The position numbers and the translations under genes are program-made. This document shows positions 10,365-19,641 of a stretch of 64,000 nucleotides of DNA, piece by piece (the stretch's first letter is position 1; the number at the start of each line of letters is the position of its first letter). Origin of the DNA: Nitrospirota bacterium (GTDB lineage: Bacteria > Nitrospirota > Nitrospiria > 2-01-FULL-66-17); NCBI GenBank assembly GCA_049325335.1, contig JBMOMC010000001.1, positions 352,001 through 416,000 of the forward strand. The letters run 5' to 3'. The notes below the pieces were generated by a model. The model was not told the DNA's origin. It ran no database searches and saw nothing but the letters and a program-made list of their open reading frames with translations.

Positions 10365-11030
10365 ATGCTCGCTCGCTCCAAACCAAAATCCGCTGCCCGC
10401 CGCGACGCCAAACCCCTACGGATGCTGGTGCTCAACGCCACGCCCCAGTTGCGATTCGCGTTTCCCGAGGATCAGAACGGCATTACCGTCACCAGGAAAC
10501 GGCTGGCGCAGGTGCCGTCGGCCGACGGGGATTTATACGGCTTAATCGTGGCCGAAACGCCCAACGAGTGGGACAAGGACGGCGCGCGGATCCAGCGGCT
10601 GCTGGACCGTCGGCCCACCGGTTGTATGATTCTGGCGCCCGCGCCGCTGTTGCAGCGGACCATACCCGCCATTCATGCATTGGGCCGGGCTCTGTGCGCC
10701 GACCCACAGCTCCAATCAGGACACGGCCCGGAGACGGCCGCCACGGAAGCCGAACCGGCCGCGGACGGGGATTTTCTTCACGGGCACGTCCAGCGAAGGT
10801 TGCTGCGTTTCGTCAAGGCCTACAGCGAAAGCGGCGGACGCGACCTCTACGGATTCGTGATGAAGGAGTTCGAACGCCCCTTGTTGGAGTTCGCGTTGGC
10901 GCAAACCCGTGGCAACCAACGCAAGGCCGCGGACCTACTCGGCATGAGCCGCAACACGCTGCGAAAACGCATGCAGGAATGCGGGCTCGCAGAGCCGTCC
11001 TCCACGCGCAAACGCCGACGCGCGCCGTAA
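10365..11030 (+). CDS. Fis-family HTH (HTH_8) protein with uncharacterised N-terminal domain
   Basis: C-terminal LYGFVMKEFERPLLEFALAQTRGNQRKAADLLGMSRNTLRKRM is Fis-like. Confidence 0.75.
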   Translation: MLARSKPKSAARRDAKPLRMLVLNATPQLRFAFPEDQNGITVTRKRLAQVPSADGDLYGLIVAETPNEWDKDGARIQRLLDRRPTGCMILAPAPLLQRTIPAIHALGRALCADPQLQSGHGPETAATEAEPAADGDFLHGHVQRRLLRFVKAYSESGGRDLYGFVMKEFERPLLEFALAQTRGNQRKAADLLGMSRNTLRKRMQECGLAEPSSTRKRRRAP

Positions 11031-11043
11031 CCGCACCCCGGCC

Positions 11044-11559
11044 TCATCGACCGTCGTCTTGCCCCTCCACGCGCGCGAGGCCCGACCGCGCCTCCTCGTT
11101 GCGCGGGTCGTCGGTGAGCACCCGTTGAAATTCGGCGCGCGCGCGTGTGGCGTCGCCCAGGCCTTCGAACGCGCGCGCGCGCACCAACGTCGCTCGCCAG
11201 CGCCACTCCAACCGATCCCCGATCAGCCGCAGCACCCGATCCGCATAAACGACCGCGGCGCGGAACTCGCCTTGTCGAACCTTGGCGTCGGCCAGGGCCA
11301 AATTGGCGTGCGGGCTGGACGGCGCCAACGCAAGAGCTTTCTGAAACGTGGCGACCGCCGACGCGGCGTTCCCTCCGTCGAGTTGGCGACGACCGTCTTC
11401 GACCAGGTGGTACGCCGCCACCTCTTGCGGCGGCGAGCCGGCGACCGGCTCGATTGCGCCGGTGGGCGCGCTGACCTGGGTCGCGCCGCACCCCCACGCG
11501 ATCGCGGCAAGGCACGCCGCCATGCGCGCACCCACGGACCGCCCCGCGGGATGTCTCAC
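11044..11559 (-). CDS. TPR-repeat lipoprotein (LpoP-like PBP1B partner)
   Basis: GTG start overlaps the PBP stop (GTGA). Lipobox-like AIAWGC; TPR helices ATFQKALALAP, AEFQRVLTDDPRNEEARSGL. Confidence 0.7.
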   Translation of the reverse strand: MRHPAGRSVGARMAACLAAIAWGCGATQVSAPTGAIEPVAGSPPQEVAAYHLVEDGRRQLDGGNAASAVATFQKALALAPSSPHANLALADAKVRQGEFRAAVVYADRVLRLIGDRLEWRWRATLVRARAFEGLGDATRARAEFQRVLTDDPRNEEARSGLARVEGQDDGR

Positions 11560-13907
11560 CCCAATACCCGCCGCAGCCACCGCAAGAGACCGGGACCGCG
11601 TTGCTTGGGATCCGCGCACGTGGCGGTCGGCTCCGTGCCCTCCAAAAACGCTTCCGCGATCGCGTCCGGGCACTGACGCGCGCTGAGCAGCCCGGAGGCC
11701 GGGTCAATCTGCCGCACCACGATTCCGGGGGGCGGGACAAACGCGCGTTCAGGCTCGGTCTCGGTGACCCGTTTCATCATGGCGGTCCAGATCGGCAACG
11801 CGGCCTCGGCGCCGGTGAGATTAAGCGGCTGGTTGTGGTCGAACCCCACCCACACCAATGCCAGGGTCTCGGGCGTGTAGCCCACGAACCACGCGTCGCG
11901 AAAGTCGCTGGTCGTGCCGGTTTTTCCCGCGGCCGGCCTGGTAAACCCCAACGCGCGCACGGCGCGGCCGGTGCCTCGTTCGATCACCCCCTGCAGCAAC
12001 GCGGTCATCAAATACGCTTCCTCCGGGGCAATCACCTGTTCGACCGCGATGTCTTTTCGACTCACCACGCGTCCGTCACGGTCCACCACCGCTTTGATCA
12101 CCAACGGTTCGGTGCGCGTGCCGAAATTCGCGAACACCCCATACGCGCCGGCCAGTTCGATTGGGCTCACCTCCGAGGTCCCCAGCACCAACGACGGGAC
12201 CGGCTGTAACGGGCTCCGTACGCCCAACAACCGCGCGGTCTCCGCGACCCGTTCGGGCCCGATGTCCTGGCCCACCTGCACCGCCGCGACGTTGAACGAG
12301 TACTCCAAGGCGGTCCGGAGCGTCACCGGACCGTGGAACCGCTTGTCGTAGTTTTGGGGCGTCCACGGACCCGACGGGGTCTGGATGGTGAGGCGCTCGT
12401 CCTTGACCACGCTGACCGGGGTATACCGCGGCGCGCCCGTGTGTTCGTCCTTTCTCAACGCGGCCAAATACGCGATCGGCTTAAATAACGAGCCCGGTTG
12501 CCGACGGGCCTGCGTGATGCGGTTAAACTGCGACGCCGCGTAATCCCGCCCTCCGACGAGGGCACGCACGTACCCGGTTTGCGGCTGCAACACGATCGCG
12601 CCCCCTTGCAGCGGGTCGCCCGTTTTGGGAGCACGGCGGTCCAAGTCCGCGAGCCCGGACCGAAGCGCCTCTTCCGCGGCGCGCTGCGCCTCCACGTCCA
12701 GGCTGGTGAAAATCCGCAACCCCTCGGACGCCAACGCATCCCGCGAGTACAACCGTTCGAGTTCATCCCGCACGAGATCCGCGAAATACGGCGCCCGAAC
12801 CGCGGCGCGCGCCTTCGGCCGCGAAGGCATCGCTTCGTTGATCGCGGCCTCGGCCTCGTCGGCGCCAATCATGTTCAGCGCCGCCATCCGACGCAACACC
12901 CGATCCCGCGTGGCCCGGGCCCGAGCCGGCGCGGCCTGCGGATTGTTCCCGCGCGGGGAACGGATCATGGCGGCCAACAACGCGGATTCCGCGGTGGTAA
13001 GCCGCTCGACCTCCTTGCCGAAGTAGAAAATGGACGCTTCGCCGACGCCGTACACACCCATGTCGCCGCGCTGGCCCATGTAAATTTCATTCAGATACGC
13101 TTCCAAAATTTCGTGTTTGGTGTATCGCGCTTCCAACATGAGCGCCATGACGGCCTCAAGACATTTCCGATAGATCGTGCGTTCCTGCGTCAGATAGAAA
13201 TTCTTGACCAACTGTTGGGTGAGCGTGCTCCCTCCTTGGACCCACTCGCCCTCCTTGAGGTCGGTCCAAAGCGCCCGCGCCACGGCTCGCGGGTCGATCC
13301 CCCAGTGTTGGTAGAACCGCGCGTCTTCGGCCGCCACGATGGCGTCGATCAACGCGCGCGGCACCGCATCGACGCGCACCAGCCGACGCCCTTCCCAACT
13401 GTCGTCGAAGAGCCCGGCGATGACCTCCGGTTCAAGGTCTACGCTGGTCAGCGGCGTCCCATCCTCTTCTCGGGTGAGCGCGCTCACCCGCGCATCCGAC
13501 AGGTCGGCGGCCACCAAAAATCCTTGCACGCGATGATCGGGATAGGAAAAATCTTGGAGGAAAATTTCCAGCCGGGTGTCGGTCCACCGAAACTCTCCGG
13601 GGCGCACGGGGGAGGCGGCCACCGGCCCGTACCCGAGACGGAGCAGCCGGTCGCGCAACCGTCCGGCGGTCAGATCCATCCCCGGATAGAGCGTCACCGG
13701 CTCGGCGTAGACGGTCGAAGGAAGTTTCCAGCGTGGCCCTTCAAACCGCGAGGTCACGGTGAGGTACACGGACGCAAGATATCCGACGCCCGCGGCTAGC
13801 AGGATCGCGCTCAACCACGGAAATCCGCGCCGGCGGCGTCTCCGGCGAGAAGGGCGCACCCGTCTCATCCAGCGGTCATCGCCCCATCCAGAATTCGCCC
13901 CCGCCAC
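11556..13907 (-). CDS. mrcB: Class A penicillin-binding protein 1B (UB2H + transglycosylase + transpeptidase)
   Basis: EDARFYQHWGID, QGGSTLTQQLVKN, RQPGSLFKP (SxxK), SFN, GKTGTT; UB2H-like region after the TM helix. Exact start uncertain. Confidence 0.9.
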   Translation of the reverse strand: MAGANSGWGDDRWMRRVRPSRRRRRRRGFPWLSAILLAAGVGYLASVYLTVTSRFEGPRWKLPSTVYAEPVTLYPGMDLTAGRLRDRLLRLGYGPVAASPVRPGEFRWTDTRLEIFLQDFSYPDHRVQGFLVAADLSDARVSALTREEDGTPLTSVDLEPEVIAGLFDDSWEGRRLVRVDAVPRALIDAIVAAEDARFYQHWGIDPRAVARALWTDLKEGEWVQGGSTLTQQLVKNFYLTQERTIYRKCLEAVMALMLEARYTKHEILEAYLNEIYMGQRGDMGVYGVGEASIFYFGKEVERLTTAESALLAAMIRSPRGNNPQAAPARARATRDRVLRRMAALNMIGADEAEAAINEAMPSRPKARAAVRAPYFADLVRDELERLYSRDALASEGLRIFTSLDVEAQRAAEEALRSGLADLDRRAPKTGDPLQGGAIVLQPQTGYVRALVGGRDYAASQFNRITQARRQPGSLFKPIAYLAALRKDEHTGAPRYTPVSVVKDERLTIQTPSGPWTPQNYDKRFHGPVTLRTALEYSFNVAAVQVGQDIGPERVAETARLLGVRSPLQPVPSLVLGTSEVSPIELAGAYGVFANFGTRTEPLVIKAVVDRDGRVVSRKDIAVEQVIAPEEAYLMTALLQGVIERGTGRAVRALGFTRPAAGKTGTTSDFRDAWFVGYTPETLALVWVGFDHNQPLNLTGAEAALPIWTAMMKRVTETEPERAFVPPPGIVVRQIDPASGLLSARQCPDAIAEAFLEGTEPTATCADPKQRGPGLLRWLRRVLG

Positions 13908-14042
13908 AACGATCGTCCCTGATCACCCTGGGTTGTTGGATACAAGATCCACGTGGTGCACCGCCATTCTTCGGTCACCGCCTTGACACCCCTGCTTCGC
14001 GGGTGGGATCATACCACGGTCCATGCCGCGAACGAAGCTCTG

Positions 14043-15209
14043 ATGCCATTTGACCCGCCACACGACGGTCTGCCGTATGACGCGGCCCTCGGTCTCTATA
14101 TCCACATCCCGTTTTGTGTGAGTAAGTGCGCGTATTGCGCGTTCAGCTCCGTGACGGGGGGAGCACGGCTGATGGAGCCCTACGTCAACGCCGTGCTCCG
14201 CGAGATCACGGTGCGCGCGCCGATGGCCGAGGGGCGAGCGGTGTCATCGCTCTACCTGGGAGGCGGGACTCCCTCGCTGTTGCCGCCGACCGCGGTGACC
14301 GCGCTGGTGCGTGACTGTCGCCGGGCCTTTTCCTTCGTCCCGGACGCGGAACTGACGATTGAGGCGAATCCGGAGACCGTCACCCCGGAACGCGCGAACG
14401 CGTGGCGTGACGCGGGAATTACCCGGGTCAGCATGGGGATCCAATCGCTCGACGATCAGGAACTGTTGTCCTTACACCGCCCGCACACCGCGGGCCGCGC
14501 GGTCACCGCGTTTCACGCGATCCGCGCGGCCGGTCTCCACAACATCAACGTGGACCTGCTCTACGGGCTCCCGGAGCAAACCCTCTCGGGCTGGCGGGAC
14601 ACCCTGCATCTCGCGCTGAATCTGGACCCGAAACACCTCTCGGCATACGCGCTCACCCCGGAATCCGGCACACCGATCGGGTCCGCGGTGTCCGAAGGCC
14701 GGTTGGCGCTCCCATCGGACGAGGTCGTCCTGGCCCAGGAAGACGCGCTGCACGAAGAGCTGGCTCGATCCGGCCTCGAACGCTACGAAATCTCCAACTA
14801 CGCGAAGGCAGGATTCGCGTGTCGCCATAATATGCTGTATTGGCGGTGCGACGACTGGCTGGGGTTCGGTGCGAGCGCCCACTCCCACGTCCAAGGACAC
14901 CGCTGGTGGAACCGGTTCGACGCCGCCGATTATATGCAAGGGATTGATCGCGGAGACGCGGTTGCCGGACGCGAGGTTCTGAATGTTGACGAACGGCTGG
15001 GAGAAACGTTGGCCTTCGGGCTTCGCATGATCCACGGGGTGCCTCGGCGCCTCCTCGTGGAACGTTTTGGGAGCGAGGCGTGGACTGCACGCGGGGATGG
15101 GCTCAGACAACTCGTGGACCACGGCCTCATTGAAGACACCCCTCAGGCCATCCGGCTCACCCCTCGCGGCCTGTCATTTGCCGATTCCGCGGCCGCGCTC
15201 GTTCTGTAA
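14043..15209 (+). CDS. hemW: Radical SAM heme chaperone HemW (HemN-like)
   Basis: LYIHIPFCVSKCAYCAF, GGGTPSLL, YEISNYA, HNMLYW. Confidence 0.9.
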   Translation: MPFDPPHDGLPYDAALGLYIHIPFCVSKCAYCAFSSVTGGARLMEPYVNAVLREITVRAPMAEGRAVSSLYLGGGTPSLLPPTAVTALVRDCRRAFSFVPDAELTIEANPETVTPERANAWRDAGITRVSMGIQSLDDQELLSLHRPHTAGRAVTAFHAIRAAGLHNINVDLLYGLPEQTLSGWRDTLHLALNLDPKHLSAYALTPESGTPIGSAVSEGRLALPSDEVVLAQEDALHEELARSGLERYEISNYAKAGFACRHNMLYWRCDDWLGFGASAHSHVQGHRWWNRFDAADYMQGIDRGDAVAGREVLNVDERLGETLAFGLRMIHGVPRRLLVERFGSEAWTARGDGLRQLVDHGLIEDTPQAIRLTPRGLSFADSAAALVL

Positions 15210-15224
15210 GAGCCCCTTATAACG

Positions 15225-15259
15225 CAAGCGCCCCTCGGAGTTCATCCGAAGGGCGCTTG
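15225..15259. terminator. Hairpin between convergent hemW and csp
   Basis: CAAGCGCCCcTCGGA-gttca-TCCGAaGGGCGCTTG. Confidence 0.65.
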
Positions 15260-15287
15260 GATTCTTCACGCTGGAGGGGCGGACGCG

Positions 15288-15500
15288 TTAGGCTTTCACC
15301 GTGGTCTTGACGACATTGGCGGCTTGCGGGCCCTTGGCCCCTTTGACAACGTCGAATTCCACTTCCTGGCCTTCATCCAAGGTCTTGAACCCGTCACCCT
15401 GAATCGCCGAGAAGTGGACAAAGACGTCACTGCCGTCATCCTGGGAGATGAACCCATACCCCTTGCTTGCGTTGAACCACTTGACCTTTCCTCTTGCCAC
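15288..15500 (-). CDS. cspA: Cold-shock protein
   Basis: [15 protein letters not shown] (RNP1), DVFVHFSAI (RNP2), GPQAANV. GTG start after AAGGAGG. Confidence 0.95.
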   Translation of the reverse strand: MARGKVKWFNASKGYGFISQDDGSDVFVHFSAIQGDGFKTLDEGQEVEFDVVKGAKGPQAANVVKTTVKA

Positions 15501-15814
15501 CGCGCACGCCCTCCTTTCGGACCAAAACAAAATCGAACCGTCCCAACTAGCAGGGGACAACTTACCACACCAACAGGCTCGCTTATATCACAAATAACCC
15601 ACATCGTGTCAAGCAATTTCGATTTTTTATGGAATTTTTCGTCTCCATCACTGGTTATTAATTTTCTTCGCAATGTTTCACGACCGCAAAAACCTCATGC
15701 GAGGAGAATTTTTTCCCAAAAACCCTTGCAGTCAGATACAACCAACGTCAAGGAGAAAAAACCCTCAATTGATTCCCTTCTTGGGAATGCCCGTACACCC
15801 GGCGTGAGAGACTA

Positions 15815-16366
15815 TTACAATCTGGGAAGGGTAATGCCTTGTTGGGCCTGATATTTTCCCTTCCGGTCAGCGTAGGAGGTCTCGCAGCTCTCGTCGCTTT
15901 CGAAAAACAACACTTGGGCGATCCCCTCGAAGGCGTAGATTTTTGCCGGCAACGGCGTGGTATTCGAAATTTCCAACGTGACGTACCCCTCCCACTCCGG
16001 CTCAAACGGCGTGACATTGGTGATGATGCCGCAGCGCGCGTAGGTGGATTTTCCCACACACACGGTAATCACTTTCCTCGGAATTCTGAAATATTCGACG
16101 CTGCGCCCCAATGCAAACGAATTGGGGGGGATAATACACACGTCGCCCTTAAAATCCACGAACGACTTGATGTCGAAATCCTTGGGATCAACGGTCGTAT
16201 GGTTGATGTTCGTGAAGATTTTAAAATCATCGGAAATACGCAGGTCGTACCCATACGAGGACAAACCGTATGAGATGGTTCCGGCCCGCACCTGTTTTTC
16301 CTCGAACGGAGCGATCATCCCGTATTCTTTGGCCATGGTGCGGATCCAGCGGTCGTTCTTGATCAT
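15815..16366 (-). CDS. dcd: dCTP deaminase
   Basis: [50 protein letters not shown]. Confidence 0.95.
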   Translation of the reverse strand: MIKNDRWIRTMAKEYGMIAPFEEKQVRAGTISYGLSSYGYDLRISDDFKIFTNINHTTVDPKDFDIKSFVDFKGDVCIIPPNSFALGRSVEYFRIPRKVITVCVGKSTYARCGIITNVTPFEPEWEGYVTLEISNTTPLPAKIYAFEGIAQVLFFESDESCETSYADRKGKYQAQQGITLPRL

Positions 16367-16455
16367 TACGGCTCCCTTGTTGTGAGACAACGTGTGGGGG
16401 TCAACGCGGCCGACCAGCCGAACGCGTCGTCGGTTTTGCCGGTACGTGCGTTCGC

Positions 16456-17616
16456 CTACGGCGAACGACGAAGCGGGATCAACCCGCTGGCAGCGGTTGG
16501 GGCGGGCGTCGGATCGTCACGGCAGGCGTCAGGCCCCCGTCGTTGCACCGACTCCGCCTGAACCTGCGGATAGCGGTACACCTGATCCTCGTAGTTCTTG
16601 AGGATCACTTCTTTGGAATTGATGTCGAGCACAAAATCTTGGGGCATCACCGTAACCTTGCCGCCGCCTCCCGGCGCGTCGATCACGTATCGTGGGATGG
16701 CCATGCCGGAGGTATGGCCGTGCAACGCACGGATGATGGCCAATCCAGTCTCGACCGGCGTGCGGAATTGATTCGTCCCCGTGACCAAATCAGCCTGATA
16801 CAAGTAGTACGGCTTGACCCGCGCCCTGAGCAGTTTTTGAACCAGGCGTTTCATAGTCTCCGGGTCGTCATTGACCCCCTTGAGCAATACGGTCTGGCTC
16901 CCCAAGGGAATCCCCGCGTCGGCCAACCGCCCGCACGCGGCTTCGACCTCCGGGGTGAGTTCGTCGGGATGATTAAAGTGCAAATTCATATAGAGCGGGT
17001 GGTACCGCCTCAACATCGCGCACAATTCAGGGGTGATTCTGGACGGCAGCGTGCCCGGCACCCGCGATCCGAGCCGGATAATCTCCAAATGCGGAATGGC
17101 CCGGAGCGTCGATAACACGCGCTCCAACAGATTGTCCACCAAGAGCAACGGGTCCCCGCCGGAAAAGATGATGTCTCGAATCTCCGGATGCGAACGAATA
17201 TACCCGGCCACCACGTCGATCGCTTCGGGCGTGATGGTGCCGCCCGGAGACCCCACGAACCGCTTACGCGTACAGAACCGACAATAGATGGGGCACTGAT
17301 TGGTGACGAACAAGAGCACGCGATCCGGGTACCGATGGACCAGGTGCGGCACCACCATATCGCCCTCTTCGTTGAGCGGATCGTCCTGCATGTCGAATTG
17401 CAGGTCGAGTTCCTCGGTGGTGGGGACAACCTGCAACCAAATCGGGTCCCCCGGATAACGAATCGTGCCGAGCACGTGCGGGGTGATCCGCATCGGGTAA
17501 CGGGCCACCACCTCGCGCAGACGCTCGGCGTCGCGCGACGAAAGCCCGAGGCGTTTGACGAGATCTTCAACCGCCTCGAGGCTGTCTCGTATGTCATATT
17601 TCCACTGGTCGTTCAC
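16456..17616 (-). CDS. kamA: KamA-family radical SAM/PLP lysine 2,3-aminomutase
   Basis: [54 protein letters not shown] (PLP Lys). Confidence 0.9.
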   Translation of the reverse strand: MNDQWKYDIRDSLEAVEDLVKRLGLSSRDAERLREVVARYPMRITPHVLGTIRYPGDPIWLQVVPTTEELDLQFDMQDDPLNEEGDMVVPHLVHRYPDRVLLFVTNQCPIYCRFCTRKRFVGSPGGTITPEAIDVVAGYIRSHPEIRDIIFSGGDPLLLVDNLLERVLSTLRAIPHLEIIRLGSRVPGTLPSRITPELCAMLRRYHPLYMNLHFNHPDELTPEVEAACGRLADAGIPLGSQTVLLKGVNDDPETMKRLVQKLLRARVKPYYLYQADLVTGTNQFRTPVETGLAIIRALHGHTSGMAIPRYVIDAPGGGGKVTVMPQDFVLDINSKEVILKNYEDQVYRYPQVQAESVQRRGPDACRDDPTPAPTAASGLIPLRRSP

Positions 17617-19058
17617 GGTAACTCTCCTCGTGTGAGCGGCAACGGTCGGACCGCGCAGGGCGCGAGCACCGCGTCCCGCATGCCGTGGAGGATCTTTTTG
17701 TCCAGCCCACAGGTGGTGGCGAGCACGCCGCCCAATCGCGCCTCCTCACCGGAGACCACATAATACGGGGACAGGCGAGTGCGCCCGCCCATCGGGCGGA
17801 TGGTTCCGGTCGCTTCATCGAAAAACGACACCTCGTCCCGGCGCGCCACGTGAAACTCCTGCAACACGGACGGCGTTGCGGGGAAGGCATCCAACGCGGT
17901 CTCGATGGCGCGCCGCCAAGCCGTCGCGGGCTCGTCATGCCCCACCACCACCCCGCGCCCGCCCCACGCCAACGCGGAAAAGCCAGAGGGTTTGATCACG
18001 AACCGTCGTTCGCGCTGGGTGGCGTCGGCCAAATCGAGCCAGTGCCGGACCGGCCTCCCGCCGAGCGTGAACCCGGCGATCGCCGCATGCGGCGGCACGG
18101 GCGAGGGGTCCAGAATCCACGTGGCGGGAAACAACGCGGTCAACACCTCCGCGGTCTGAGCGCCCACATCATCGCGCCACCACCTGCGCAAAGCCGGGTG
18201 GTGCCACAAGGCCATCGCAAGTTTCTCTTCCAAAAACGCCTTGGCCGGAGGCGTGAACCGAACCGTCCCCTTTTTTGCGGCGTAGAGAAAGAGTTCGGAC
18301 TTGGGCACGTTTTTCAGGTCGAACAGCTCAAAAAACCGATACAAGACATCGATCCGCTCGGACCCGGTCGGCGCGTCGACGAACAACCCGTCTTCGTGAA
18401 AGACAACCTCCGACGGCGAGACGGCCCGAGCCCACAGGCCCGAGGCCTCCAACGCCCGGGCCATGAATCGCATTTCCGGTCGATAGTCGGCCGACTCGTC
18501 CGACACCACGATCGCAACACGCGCGTGCCGGCCGAACGCGGCGGCCAACTCGCGCGTGATCCCGTCCGCCCCGCCGACCAATGGCCCGGCCTCCGCGTAG
18601 AGTGATTGGAACGCCGCGGTCACGCCGAACCCGCCGGGCACCGCGTCCAATTCCGACGCGACCCACCCGTGGTCCGTCACGAACAAATCGGGCCGGATGA
18701 TCAACGGCACCTGGTCGCGTACCCGTCGCATCCGCCCGTACTCGACCACGGATGGCGGCTTTCCCTGGTCAAGGTAGTCCGCCACCCATCGCAACGACGG
18801 GGTTTTCAAGCTGTGAACGTAGAGTCGATTGAGCGATTGATAAAACGCCAGGAGAACCGACCCTAGGTGTTCTAAAAACGCGGCGTCATCCGGGGTCAAC
18901 CAGAACGGTTCCGCACTCACCCGCCAGGACGGCAACCCGTCGCCTTCGTGACTCGCGTATAACCCGTCGGCCCGCAATCGTTGCACGCGCCGCGCCGAGG
19001 CCGCCCCGCTGGTGAACGGGGACGCCGAGCCAACGGTTTCGCTCGCCGGGACGGTCAA
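17613..19058 (-). CDS. Uncharacterised ATP-grasp-like ligase (glutathionylspermidine synthase / circularly permuted ATP-grasp-like)
   Basis: IIRPDL...SELDAVPGGFG, LYRFFELFDL, FLEEK, FVIKPSGFS..AWGGRGVVVG, VLQEF, RTRLSPYY. The stop overlaps the kamA start (GTGA). Confidence 0.65.
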   Translation of the reverse strand: MTVPASETVGSASPFTSGAASARRVQRLRADGLYASHEGDGLPSWRVSAEPFWLTPDDAAFLEHLGSVLLAFYQSLNRLYVHSLKTPSLRWVADYLDQGKPPSVVEYGRMRRVRDQVPLIIRPDLFVTDHGWVASELDAVPGGFGVTAAFQSLYAEAGPLVGGADGITRELAAAFGRHARVAIVVSDESADYRPEMRFMARALEASGLWARAVSPSEVVFHEDGLFVDAPTGSERIDVLYRFFELFDLKNVPKSELFLYAAKKGTVRFTPPAKAFLEEKLAMALWHHPALRRWWRDDVGAQTAEVLTALFPATWILDPSPVPPHAAIAGFTLGGRPVRHWLDLADATQRERRFVIKPSGFSALAWGGRGVVVGHDEPATAWRRAIETALDAFPATPSVLQEFHVARRDEVSFFDEATGTIRPMGGRTRLSPYYVVSGEEARLGGVLATTCGLDKKILHGMRDAVLAPCAVRPLPLTRGELP

Positions 19059-19064
19059 CGCGCG

Positions 19065-19172
19065 TCAGGGGGAACGCCGCTCGCCGACAACGCGGGCGGG
19101 ACACACAACAAGGGGCTGACTGAAGATGGTTCGAATCAGCCCGGCCCGATGACAACTGCCATCGTCCGACAT
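19065..19172 (-). CDS. Putative leaderless 35-aa small ORF (MSDDGSCHRAGLIRTIFSQPLVVCPARVVGERRSP)
   Basis: ATG lies 7 nt downstream of an extended -10 (TGgTAAGAT). TGA ends 6 nt before the TTG start of the ATP-grasp gene. Below the ORF-track cutoff. Confidence 0.35.
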   Translation of the reverse strand: MSDDGSCHRAGLIRTIFSQPLVVCPARVVGERRSP

Positions 19173-19210
19173 GGCCCGTATCTTACCACGGGCCTAATCG
19201 CCATCGTCAA
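19173..19210 (-). promoter_or_regulatory. Promoter of the sORF/ATP-grasp/kamA unit, with an inverted repeat enclosing the -10
   Basis: Minus strand: TTGACG-N19-TAAGAT with TG extension. GGCCCGT-ggtaagat-ACGGGCC (19173-19194) has 7-bp arms flanking the -10. Confidence 0.5.
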
Positions 19211-19246
19211 GCAACCAGGGCCGAACGGACGCGTTCGCCGTGCGCC

Positions 19247-19555
19247 CTACGTGCGAACGGTCCGTTTTAACCGCCGTTCCACGCTCGCGATCTTGGAGTC
19301 CAGCCGACCTTTAGCGCCTTTGCGGTAATCGACGCGAATGCCCACCGAGATCCGTCGGCAATCCTTGCGCATGCGCTCATAACATCGCTTGACCACCCCG
19401 AATACCTCGTCCCACTCCCCTTCGAGCACCGTCCCCATCGGGTTCAAGCGGTACGCCACGCCGCTCTTGTCGATGATGTCCAACGAGCGCGCGACGTAGC
19501 GACCCACGCTCTCACCCTTGTCCAACGGGGACATACTGAATTCCAACAGCACCAT
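19247..19555 (-). CDS. MTH1187/YkoF-family thiamine-binding protein
   Basis: MVLLEFSMSPLDKGESVGRYVARSLDIIDKSG..YRLNPMGTVLEGEWDEV. Confidence 0.85.
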   Translation of the reverse strand: MVLLEFSMSPLDKGESVGRYVARSLDIIDKSGVAYRLNPMGTVLEGEWDEVFGVVKRCYERMRKDCRRISVGIRVDYRKGAKGRLDSKIASVERRLKRTVRT

Positions 19556-19641
19556 ATGCGGCATGCTCCTTATGTGGTTTTCGTTCGTCGGGGCGCACGG
19601 TCGTGCGCCCCTGCCTCCCGCGTGACAACGACGCCCGTGCG

